A stretch of 64,000 bases of DNA. Origin: Thiocapsa sp. (GTDB lineage Bacteria; Pseudomonadota; Gammaproteobacteria; Chromatiales; Chromatiaceae). Numbering within the stretch: the first letter of the stretch is position 1; every line of letters begins with the position of its first letter. Positions 1 through 8,775 of this stretch are shown here, piece by piece. Made by a program: the position numbers and the translations under genes. Location of the stretch: NCBI RefSeq assembly GCF_018399035.1, contig NZ_CP073760.1, positions 4,288,269 to 4,352,268 of the forward strand. Direction: 5' to 3'. Under the pieces are notes generated by a model that did not search any database, was not told where the DNA came from, and saw nothing but the letters and a program-made list of their open reading frames with translations.

Positions 1-1370
1 GTGCGCCGAGAATCACGGATGACCTCGTAGAAGCGGGCTTTCTCTCGTACTGGGGGGGCGAGTTTCCCGCCGAGATCCATCGTCAGCTCTCCTTCTACGA
101 AAGGGCGGGCGATTAGGTCGGGCCTGGATGCGACGCCCAATTTAGCGCAGATGAGCTGATAAGCACAAAAACATCCTTGATAAGTCCAGTGTGAATCTGT
201 CTTCCAATAGATTTGATGCTCTTTCTTGATCCGCTGAAAAAAAGGGATGGGGTCAACCGAATGATCTTGAAGAAACAGGGGGCGACGCGGAGCCGTGAGA
301 TAGGCGCGAATGGGATGAGCGGAAAAATGCGGCAGAGGTTCGAGAGAGTACTCGGGATAAACCGATAACTTGTTGGGTGCGAATAGATGAAGGTAGCGGA
401 TTCCAAGCTCGTCAGAGCGTTTCAGGCGCGACTCGAACAGGCGATCCCAAGCCGAGACGAGGGTGCTATCGAAGCGGGGCTTCTGATAGTAGGAAAAAAG
501 TTCGTTGCTTCCTCCCTTGAGGAAAAGCCAGCCGTCACGACCGATCGAGACATCATCCGCTACGGAACTTTGGGTTTCATTGGCAGTTGGCCGCTCTGCG
601 GCTAATGTTAGCCGAGGATGAGAGCAACGCTCGTAAGTAAGCCCGGTCGTATCGCAGAAGCGCTTATAATCGGGATAGAGAAACTTCGATAGCTTCTCGA
701 ATGTCTGAAGATTCACCCGCTCGATCATGGCTCCTGCCGAATATCGAACTTCGGTGAATGTTTCGGTCTCGAATGGTTCCAATCCGAGGAAATCGAAGAC
801 GCGTGACATCGTCCGCCGAGGTTGCATGAGCAGGTCGCTGTTGCTGAGAACGAGTATTTCGCTGCGATCGTAAACTTGCAGGAAGGTCAACATCCGGCGC
901 TGATAGCAACTAAAAGAAAGTACATCGTGTAAATAATAATCGATGCTCGATGTCTGACTTACCGCGCTTTCGAAGGGGCGAGCGAAGAAGTCGTTAATAT
1001 CGGTTGCAATCAGCTCAGGTACTTTATTGATAATCTGAAGATGTACAAAATGCGAAATTGCGCGCTCGACAGGATCGCGCACGATCAAGATCAACTTGGC
1101 CCGAGGATGAGCAGTCTTGATAGCAGTCGGTAGCTCCGGAGTAAAAGCACAATGAAAATATGTTGGGCTCGCTTCGCCCGTGATCTCGTCGGTTGTCTTG
1201 TTGAAATGGTTCCGATACCAATCTTCGCCGTTCGATCTGTAAAGTGAGAAATAATGGATTTCCTTCAACGCGGCTTTGCTGACATGCGGATGCATACAGA
1301 TGAAGTCATAAAGGACGGTTGTCCCGCATTTCATGGCGCCGATGATGAGGAAATCTGGGTTCGCTGGCAT
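1..1370 (-). CDS. Partial CDS (C-terminus beyond window edge): N-terminal sulfotransferase domain fused to an AlgX/AlgJ-like (SGNH-type) O-acetyltransferase-like domain
   Basis: Absent from the ORF track because it has no stop inside the window. Hand translation from ATG at 1370 gives MPANPDFLIIGAMKCGTTVLYDF...LILIVRDPVERAISHF (PAPS-binding KCGTT and RDP..R..S motifs). The frame stays open to nt 3. The distal part reads ...FFQRIKKEHQIYWKTDSHWTYQGCF (D-x-H-W motif of AlgJ/AlgX-type acyltransferases). Visibly AT-richer than the flanks. Confidence 0.7.
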   Translation of the reverse strand, partial: MPANPDFLIIGAMKCGTTVLYDFICMHPHVSKAALKEIHYFSLYRSNGEDWYRNHFNKTTDEITGEASPTYFHCAFTPELPTAIKTAHPRAKLILIVRDPVERAISHFVHLQIINKVPELIATDINDFFARPFESAVSQTSSIDYYLHDVLSFSCYQRRMLTFLQVYDRSEILVLSNSDLLMQPRRTMSRVFDFLGLEPFETETFTEVRYSAGAMIERVNLQTFEKLSKFLYPDYKRFCDTTGLTYERCSHPRLTLAAERPTANETQSSVADDVSIGRDGWLFLKGGSNELFSYYQKPRFDSTLVSAWDRLFESRLKRSDELGIRYLHLFAPNKLSVYPEYSLEPLPHFSAHPIRAYLTAPRRPLFLQDHSVDPIPFFQRIKKEHQIYWKTDSHWTYQGCFCAYQLICAKLGVASRPDLIARPFVEGELTMDLGGKLAPPVREKARFYEVIRDSRR

Positions 1371-1506
1371 AAGTGATCGTTAATCGCTGTGAAGAATTAT
1401 CGTCGAAAAGGCGTTCGTGCTGCCCGGGCTCCGACTATCGAAAATCGGTTCAGGAAACTCTTTCCCGATGTCGTAATTCAACATGTCATCGGATGAGCGC
1501 TGGACG

Positions 1507-4500
1507 CTACTCGATCCGCGCTTTTACAGAATCGGTGTATTCAAGTTGCCTGATTTGAATCTTCGCGTTCGCTGGGTCGAGCGAGTTGACGAGTTGGTGC
1601 ATGCGACGAATCTCCGATAGGTGAGTGCTCAAGGTGTTAGAGCCGCCAACACTTGAATCATGACGACGATGCTCGTTTAGAGATTTGGCTGTATAGTGCA
1701 CTCGTCCTGGACTCGTGCAGAGCTCAATATAAAGCCGCCAGTCACCGGAGATCGTCCAATCGGGTAGCTCTTGAGCGACGGATTCGAGGGCGGTTATCAA
1801 TGGCTGACGACGGAACATGACGCTGCTGACGTTCAAAATCGAATTCTTGATCGCTAGACCCTGAAGAAGAAACTCGGAGGTCGGAACGGAAAAGTCAGAA
1901 TGATAGTCGAGATCACTCGACTCCGAGCAATATGTCGAGTAGCTGGATCCGATTCGGACTCCGTCGCTGTCGAGTTGAGCCGAGTCTGAGAAAGCGAAAA
2001 GAACATCTTCCTCACGAGCGAATACCTCCGCGAGACCACTCACGAAATTGGATGCAGCAAGATCATCCGCCTCGGCGATCCAAACAAGATCGCCCTGAGC
2101 GAGTCGAATACCCTTCGACCATTGTCTGAACACTGAGCCTGAGTTCTTGGAGTTAAGCTCAAGTCGAATATCGCGCTGATGATGGTCTGCGATCCTTTCT
2201 ATCGTTTCAACGCTATCGTCCGTCGAAGAGTCGTCCAATACGATAATCTCGTAGATGGGGTAGTCTTGTCGGAGAATGCTGCCGAGTCGTTCCTGTAAGT
2301 AACGCGCATAATTATAGTTTGGTACGATCACGGAGACTCGGAGTAATCGAGGGTCGAGAGCTCGCAGCAAAGCCCAGCCATAGGAAGGGAAGTCAAAATC
2401 GGATCGGGCTCGCAGGGCGCGCTTTTCTCGGCGAGTCGGGTCGGCGAGATCTTTGGTTACGACTGCGCGGAGGGCTGATGCAAGGGCGCCAATATCACCG
2501 ATGTTGGTTGCGAGTGCCCCGTTAACCGCGTCGCTTAGGATCTCACAGTGTCCGCCGGTGCCAGCGAAAGCGACGACGGGGAGACCGCATGTTAGTGCTT
2601 CAAGCACGACTGAAGGGAAGGGATCTTCTCTCGAAGTCAGCAAGAAAGCATCGGCAGCCGCATAATATTGACCGATGGACGTCGTGAAGTCGAGATGGTG
2701 AAGGTTCGTGCAGAGTGGTTGAGTCAGACGGGCTTCTTGAAAGCGCTCCTCTTGGTCGACAGCGAGCTTGCCAACCCATAGGAAGTGGAAGCGAGAATCG
2801 CTCCTTGAAACTTCTGTCGCACAGTCGACGAACCAATCGATGCCTTTGCGTAGATCACCATAGCCGGCGTTGATCACGAGCACGGCTTGGCTCGGGATGC
2901 CGAGAGTCTGTCTGACGTCACGACGTACATCGGGCTCGACGTCCAACGACTGATAGACTCCCTGCGGTAAGACAAGGCACTTTGAAGGCTCGCATGGCGC
3001 GATGGACATGAATGCCTTTCGAACGGTGTCGCAGGCGAAGACGATGCGATCGGCGTGGTGTGCCAATGCGCGAGCTGGGGAGTAGAGATCGCGCTCTTGA
3101 ATCAACTCGGGCATTTCGTGTACGAGCGAGATGACGAAAAAACCTTGCAGCTTGAGGGCTCCAGCGACTTCTCCTGTGACGACCGTGTTCGTCAGGGCCG
3201 CTTCGAAACCCGCTTGCTTGAGCTGCAACATTGTTGACTCAAAGTCTGAGAACTGGTTTGAGATAGTGAAAACGTCAGCGAACTGTCGGTAATCCGAAAC
3301 GAGATCACCGCCTTCAAGGAGCCAGATCCCGACTCGGTAACCAAACCGTCGCTTGAATAGTCGAGCGAGATGTAGGAGGAGCAATTGTGCGCCATGCTTA
3401 TGCGCATCGTGCCCGACCAAGAGTATGCTGTGTTGAGTCGTCAGGTCAGCCATAGAGGGCCTTGAAACCGCCGGGCCTTCGAGTTGGAGCAAGACCTCGC
3501 GGGTCGCATGAAGGTAGGCATAGCCATGACGTCGATCCGGCTCCAGATAGGTGCCCTCCGCCCATTCGTTCCAGGCATTGACGAAAACCAAGCGTTTTTC
3601 CGGTAGCGGAAAACCAAGGGAGCGCTTGCATGCAGCAGTCAACCACCGTGTATATTCACGGGGTGAAGCGTTCGCAAAGATACTGCCCTTAGCGTTGCGT
3701 CTAGGTGTATTGTCCCATGCGGCCATGACACCCGGAAAGAGCTCGAATGGGGAGGTGGTGCTGATCCGAGCTTCGGCCTCGTCGACGAAGGCCCGATAAT
3801 CGTATACATGTCCTTCGAAATTCGGGTTCAGTAGCTCGACATTATCCGTGATGTCGATGTGTGGGAATTGATGAGGTGGAAACTCCACTGCTGCATCGAA
3901 CCCGATCGATTCGGGCTCGACGATCCGGGGAAAGCTCAGGACGTTCACGAGATAGGGTTGGGGCATGCCCCGGTCTCTCGCATATTCCCGCCAGCGCTCG
4001 ACTGTTGCGCGAATGTCGGGAAACAATTGGGGGCGGTAGATGATCAGCAGTGGCCGCCCCTCAATCGTGATATAACGCGGATCGCGGAGTGCAGGCTCGA
4101 TATCCGCGAAGAAGGCCAAGTCATCATCCGGCGAGTGGTTTTGTGCGATGAGGACGTCCTGCTCATATCCGTCCCAACGTCGGGTCCAATTCTCGTTGGC
4201 CCAGCAAATACAAAATGGGAAATCGAGGGATGGATCCTCGAGCATCTGCTGAAGCGGCTGCTCGAGTAGTCTTTGACCGCCGAACCAATAATGGTGGTAA
4301 CAGAACCCCTGTATCCCATACCTCTTGGCGAGGCGGATCTGTTCCCGTTGCGTTTCTTTGACCCTCAGATCGTAGAAACCGAGGGCATCCGGAAACCTAG
4401 GTTGATCGTGTCCCACAAATTGCGGGACTGCCTTTGTGACATTGGTCCACTCGGTGAAACCCTTGCCCCACCAGGCATCGTTTTCAGGAATCGGGTGAAA

Positions 4501-7500
4501 CTGAGGCAGATAAAATGCGATGACCTTCACGGCGAGATCGGTCATGGCGTTTTGATCATCTGAATCCGGCACGTATTCGGCGCTTCGCTGAGATCGACCA
4601 GCGCTGTCGAGCATCGTTTGGTACAGCCTTTTAAAAGGCTCGGATACGCCGGCGCTTTGTCGTGGCTCTGCGCGTGGGCCGAGCCCGCGAGACCGACCGA
4701 AACGCAGGTAATGCGCGAGAGGCGTTTCTTCAAGCGCGTCCACGGCGGTGCATTGAGATCTATACCATGATGTATCGAATCCAGGACTCGGGTCTCGTCC
4801 TTCGCGACCGCCGCTCGCTTGGTAATGGATAAGCGGATTCATCCCGGCCTGAGCTACATCCGGATTGTGGCTCAGATACCAGTCGGAATCGAACAGTGGA
4901 TTGGGATCTCTACCCTCTCGTGCACCTGCAGCCAAATAATGAATCAGTGGATTCATCCGAGCTTCATCAACATCGGGGTTTTCACGCAGATACCAATCCG
5001 AGTCGAACAGTGGGCAAGGGTCTCGGCCTTCGCGAGCGCCATAGACGATGTAATGGACGAGCGGATTGAGTTTTGCAGCCGCGACATCCGGATTCTCTCG
5101 TAGGTACCAGTCCGAGTGGAAGAGTGGATGTGGATCGCGTCCCGCAAACGCGCCGATCGCGAGATAATGTGCCAGAGGGTTCGTGCCTGCCGTGAGGAGC
5201 TCCGGATTGCGAGAGAGATACCAGTCGGAGTCGAACAGTGGGTGGGGATCCCGCCCTTCGTGGCAACCATATCGAATATAGTGATCAAGCGGATTGAGTG
5301 TCGCCGTTGCGACATCTTGATTTTGCTCGAGGTACCAATCGGAATCGAACAGTGGGTTCGGATCGCGACCTTGGAAGGCGCCGGGGCCGAGGTAATCGAC
5401 CAGCGGATTGATATGATCCTCGATGATTTGAGGATACTGATTTATGTACCAATCCGAGTCGAAGAGGGGGGATGGATTCCGTCCCTCGAAAGCACCTTGC
5501 TTGAGGTAATGGGCTAATGGATTGATGCCCGTCTCGACAAGATGTGGATCTTGCTCAAGATACCAGTCCGTATTGAACAGCGGATTGGGATCACGTCCCA
5601 CGCGCCAGCCGATTGCGATGTAATCCTCAAGTGGGGTTGCCCTAGAGAGCACGACGTCTGGGTATTGCTCGATATACCAACGGGAATCAAAGAGTGGATT
5701 CGCCTCGCGACCCTCGTTCCAGTCGTCATTTAAGAACTGTAAAACCGGGTTATGCCCATTCAGAAGGACGTCGGGATTCCTTTGGATATACCAGTCTCGA
5801 TCGAAGAGGCCACTGTTGATGAGTGCTGAGGCGCGAGCGCGTACACGCAGACGACTCGGCAAGCGGAATGACAGTGTCCAAAAAGCGATTTTTGGAAATG
5901 CGATGAGTCCTCGGGCGAGAGTTGGCCATCTGGATTCGATATTGATGAGTGGTCGAGCGAGCTGCCATGTGGCCTTTGCTTGTATCTGATCGAGCCGCTG
6001 TATAACGCGTTTGAGTTCGGCAGCCTGTCCTCGTGACCGCTCGCTATGGTCATGGTTCTGGAGCTGCAACTCTGTGAGGCTGTTTTGCTGTGCGGCGATT
6101 TCGGCATCGCGCTCCACGACGACGCGTTCGAGTCCGGAAGCGTGGCTTCGGTATTGATCAAGTCCATGCTGAAGACCAGCGAGTGCTGCGGTTTGGTTCT
6201 GCTGCTGGTCGGCGAGGGCCTGCTCGAGCTCGCCGATGCGGGACTCGCGCGCGGCGGTTTGGGTGTGCTGGTCGGCGAGGGCCTGCTCGAGCTCGCCGAT
6301 GCGGGACTCGCGCGCGGCGGTTTGGGTGTGCTGGTCGGCGAGGGCCTGCTCGAGCTCGCCGATGCGGGACTCGCGCGCGGCGGTTTGGGTGTGCTGGTCG
6401 GCGAGGGCCTGCTCGAGCTCGCCGATGCGGGACTCGCGCGCGGCGGTTTGGGTGTGCTGGTCGGCGAGGGCCTGCTCGAGCTCGCCGATGCGGGACTCGC
6501 GCGCGGCGGTTTGGGTGTGCTGGTCGGCGAGGGCCTGCTCGAGCTCGCCGATGCGGGACTCGCGCGCGGCGGTTTGGGTGTGCTGGTCGGCGAGGGCCTG
6601 CTCGAGCTCGCCGATGCGGGACTCGCGCGCGGCGGTTTGGGTGTGCTGGTCGGCGAGGGCCTGCTCGAGCTCGCCGATGCGGGACTCGCGCGCGGCGAGC
6701 TCGGCATCGCGCTCCACGACGACGCGTTCGAGTCCGGAAGCGTGGCTTCGGTATTGTTCAAGCCCATGCTGTAGACCAGCGAGTGCTGCGGTTTGGTTCT
6801 GCTGCTGGTCGGCGAGGGCCTGCTCGAGCTCGCCGATGCGGGTCTCGCGCGCGGCGAGCTCGACAGTCTTTTCCGCCAGGTTATCCGCTGTTTCCCGGAG
6901 GGATCTTTCATCGAGTCGCAGGATGGCGCCTAGTGCGTTGCTGGCTCGATCAAGCTCGTTGCGTGTGTTGTCGAGTCGGGGCAGCGGTTCAAGCGAGACT
7001 GGGTCCGATTCCAAGATGCGCAGCGCAGCGAAGGTCTCTTTGACCCAAGGGGCCAAAGCCGGATGACTGGCGACCTTTTCGGCGTCGAGTGCGTGATGGC
7101 GGTGGCGCTCCTCGAGGAACTCGTCGATCTCGACAGCTGATGTCGCCGAGTAGCGGGGCCAAGCAAGGCCGATCCGATCCCCCAAGGTCGTGATGACGCC
7201 GCGCCAATCATTGAGCAAGTCGTCGTAGATCACGAAGGCCCTAGCCAACCCGCGAGAATCGTGCTCGGCATCGAGCACGTGACGGAGCCACAGGATGGAT
7301 GAGAGCGCTGGGCTGAAGCCATCGCGCCGCTTGAGCGACGCAGCGACCTCGAGCGGATTACGTATCGGAATGACGCACTTGGTTTCGGTCTGGAATGCCT
7401 CGAGGACGTCCAGCCAAAAGGGCAGCAAGCGGCAGATGCGCGGATCCTTGAGAACGAAAAGCGATGATCGATCGAAATCCTGCTCCAAGATCTCGAGGGC

Positions 7501-8103
7501 TCGTACCTTGAAGGCACGCGGTGCGGGCGATGCGAACCAGTCTGGATTGAACCGGCGCCAGTCGTCCCAGCTTGAGCCGGCACTGTCGAGGATCTCGTCG
7601 TTGAGGCGATAGATGTCCATCGACTCCCAAAACCCTGCCTCGTTGTTGCCGTCGACCGGGGGCATGAGGTTGGAGGGTAGGTCCGCCCCGAGCCGGTTGA
7701 TCACGCGTGTAAAGGCCGAGGTTCCGCTGCGATGCATCCCGAGCACGAGGATCGCGACGCGACGCGGGGCCGTTGATGGCGCCTGCGGCGCCATGCTCGT
7801 GGGTGACATGGCGACTCGGGTAGGCGATTGGGGCTGGTTCACGCGATTTGGATCTCCATGAGTATCGCCGCGGGTCGCGGATGAGTCGTGTCTGGCATAT
7901 TCTGCGTCCGAGATCGGATCTGGATCGGGTGTGTTATCGTCCTGATCGGACACGTGCTCTGTGACTTGGCGGACCTGGCGGGCCGCTCGATTGATCCGCG
8001 CGGAGCGCTTGGACGACTGGCGCATAATTACTGTTCGGGTTTCGGCTGAAGGAGTCGCACGGTCCGGTACTCGGGAGCCGGCTCGGAGGCTTTCGATGGT
8101 CAC
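1507..8103 (-). CDS. Giant multidomain polysaccharide biosynthesis protein: sulfotransferase / coiled coil / 10x38-aa repeats / WbsX-type / GT4-like / GT2
   Basis: 2198-aa ORF. Motifs: VLGMHRSGTSAF (P-loop sulfotransferase), long heptad region, KVIAFYLPQFHPIPENDAWWGKGFTEWTNV (WbsX hallmark), FLLTSREDPFPSVVLEALTCGLPVV (GT-B EX7E region), VSVIVPNYNYARYL..VLDDSSTDDS (GT2 DxD). The true start is uncertain (GTG 8103, ATG 8025, or later). Confidence 0.85.
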   Translation of the reverse strand: MTIESLRAGSRVPDRATPSAETRTVIMRQSSKRSARINRAARQVRQVTEHVSDQDDNTPDPDPISDAEYARHDSSATRGDTHGDPNRVNQPQSPTRVAMSPTSMAPQAPSTAPRRVAILVLGMHRSGTSAFTRVINRLGADLPSNLMPPVDGNNEAGFWESMDIYRLNDEILDSAGSSWDDWRRFNPDWFASPAPRAFKVRALEILEQDFDRSSLFVLKDPRICRLLPFWLDVLEAFQTETKCVIPIRNPLEVAASLKRRDGFSPALSSILWLRHVLDAEHDSRGLARAFVIYDDLLNDWRGVITTLGDRIGLAWPRYSATSAVEIDEFLEERHRHHALDAEKVASHPALAPWVKETFAALRILESDPVSLEPLPRLDNTRNELDRASNALGAILRLDERSLRETADNLAEKTVELAARETRIGELEQALADQQQNQTAALAGLQHGLEQYRSHASGLERVVVERDAELAARESRIGELEQALADQHTQTAARESRIGELEQALADQHTQTAARESRIGELEQALADQHTQTAARESRIGELEQALADQHTQTAARESRIGELEQALADQHTQTAARESRIGELEQALADQHTQTAARESRIGELEQALADQHTQTAARESRIGELEQALADQQQNQTAALAGLQHGLDQYRSHASGLERVVVERDAEIAAQQNSLTELQLQNHDHSERSRGQAAELKRVIQRLDQIQAKATWQLARPLINIESRWPTLARGLIAFPKIAFWTLSFRLPSRLRVRARASALINSGLFDRDWYIQRNPDVLLNGHNPVLQFLNDDWNEGREANPLFDSRWYIEQYPDVVLSRATPLEDYIAIGWRVGRDPNPLFNTDWYLEQDPHLVETGINPLAHYLKQGAFEGRNPSPLFDSDWYINQYPQIIEDHINPLVDYLGPGAFQGRDPNPLFDSDWYLEQNQDVATATLNPLDHYIRYGCHEGRDPHPLFDSDWYLSRNPELLTAGTNPLAHYLAIGAFAGRDPHPLFHSDWYLRENPDVAAAKLNPLVHYIVYGAREGRDPCPLFDSDWYLRENPDVDEARMNPLIHYLAAGAREGRDPNPLFDSDWYLSHNPDVAQAGMNPLIHYQASGGREGRDPSPGFDTSWYRSQCTAVDALEETPLAHYLRFGRSRGLGPRAEPRQSAGVSEPFKRLYQTMLDSAGRSQRSAEYVPDSDDQNAMTDLAVKVIAFYLPQFHPIPENDAWWGKGFTEWTNVTKAVPQFVGHDQPRFPDALGFYDLRVKETQREQIRLAKRYGIQGFCYHHYWFGGQRLLEQPLQQMLEDPSLDFPFCICWANENWTRRWDGYEQDVLIAQNHSPDDDLAFFADIEPALRDPRYITIEGRPLLIIYRPQLFPDIRATVERWREYARDRGMPQPYLVNVLSFPRIVEPESIGFDAAVEFPPHQFPHIDITDNVELLNPNFEGHVYDYRAFVDEAEARISTTSPFELFPGVMAAWDNTPRRNAKGSIFANASPREYTRWLTAACKRSLGFPLPEKRLVFVNAWNEWAEGTYLEPDRRHGYAYLHATREVLLQLEGPAVSRPSMADLTTQHSILLVGHDAHKHGAQLLLLHLARLFKRRFGYRVGIWLLEGGDLVSDYRQFADVFTISNQFSDFESTMLQLKQAGFEAALTNTVVTGEVAGALKLQGFFVISLVHEMPELIQERDLYSPARALAHHADRIVFACDTVRKAFMSIAPCEPSKCLVLPQGVYQSLDVEPDVRRDVRQTLGIPSQAVLVINAGYGDLRKGIDWFVDCATEVSRSDSRFHFLWVGKLAVDQEERFQEARLTQPLCTNLHHLDFTTSIGQYYAAADAFLLTSREDPFPSVVLEALTCGLPVVAFAGTGGHCEILSDAVNGALATNIGDIGALASALRAVVTKDLADPTRREKRALRARSDFDFPSYGWALLRALDPRLLRVSVIVPNYNYARYLQERLGSILRQDYPIYEIIVLDDSSTDDSVETIERIADHHQRDIRLELNSKNSGSVFRQWSKGIRLAQGDLVWIAEADDLAASNFVSGLAEVFAREEDVLFAFSDSAQLDSDGVRIGSSYSTYCSESSDLDYHSDFSVPTSEFLLQGLAIKNSILNVSSVMFRRQPLITALESVAQELPDWTISGDWRLYIELCTSPGRVHYTAKSLNEHRRHDSSVGGSNTLSTHLSEIRRMHQLVNSLDPANAKIQIRQLEYTDSVKARIE
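4670..5810 (-). repeat. Ten diverged in-frame 114-bp (38-aa) tandem repeats inside the giant CDS
   Basis: The protein repeats DPxPLFDSDWYLxxNPDVxxxxxNPLxHYxxxGxxEGR ten times (aa ~765-1145). Confidence 0.8.
6190..6696 (-). repeat. Perfect 63-bp tandem repeat array (7 identical units + one 66-bp variant) inside the coiled-coil region
   Basis: Units start at 6256, 6319, 6382, 6445, 6508, 6571 and 6634, identical by eye. Each encodes ARESRIGELEQALADQHTQTA. The block is bracketed by a ~160-bp direct duplication (~6097-6255 vs ~6697-6855). Confidence 0.95.
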
Positions 8104-8775
8104 TGTGGGTCATGGATCGGCCGATGTGGGCGTGCGAACCCGGGCTGGGTGGCCGTCACGGAGGTGCTGGGGCTTCTCGTCTCACATGATCATTACCCAT
8201 ACCCCGGACATCTTCCGCAGCAAGCGGGAGATGACAAGCGCGCTGCGCGCAGCCTTCACGGTTTCACGTGCCGGCCGATGGAGCGCCATGGGCAAGGCGC
8301 TGGATCAGATCGAGTTAGGATACTCCAAAGGCCGGGGCGTTTTCCAGCGAGGGCGTTCGATGGGGTGTGACCGAAACGAATGCGCGGTCCGTTTCCGTCA
8401 CGGGGTTCACCAAGCGTCGGGGCGTTTGAGCCGCTGCTGTACGACGATGTAACGGTGCGAGCTTTCGATCTCGCCCGGGGAGCCGAGCCGATGCGCAGAC
8501 CTTGCACAAGTACGCCTTGATACACGAGTCGATCGGTCCGGTTGTCGATTTGGCAGGAATCTCGAAAAATCGAATCCTTGAAAGTTCAAATTTACCGTAA
8601 GTCGAGTAAAGATGTCCACTTATCCGATGCTGGCCGCGGCACGCGAGTGGCGGCCTGGATAATGAAGAAATCCAGTGGGTTGCACTAGCCGAGGGGATCC
8701 GGCAAATGTTGTTGGGGATGCGTGGAGCCTGATCGGAATCTGCACATCTCGCCGAGAATCAGAGTGAAACCTCGC

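Noticed and set aside
6190-6696. Considered whether the regularly spaced identical repeats could be a CRISPR array.
   Set aside because: The units are contiguous with no spacers, lie in frame inside a long ORF and encode heptad repeats. There are no cas genes in the window.
6046-7066. Three plus-strand ORFs (242, 317 and 276 aa) with striking periodic Arg/Gly/Ala-rich sequence.
   Set aside because: They are antisense or out-of-frame readings of the 63-bp repeat array inside the 2198-aa minus-strand gene. The periodicity is inherited from the repeats, and there is no independent coding signal.
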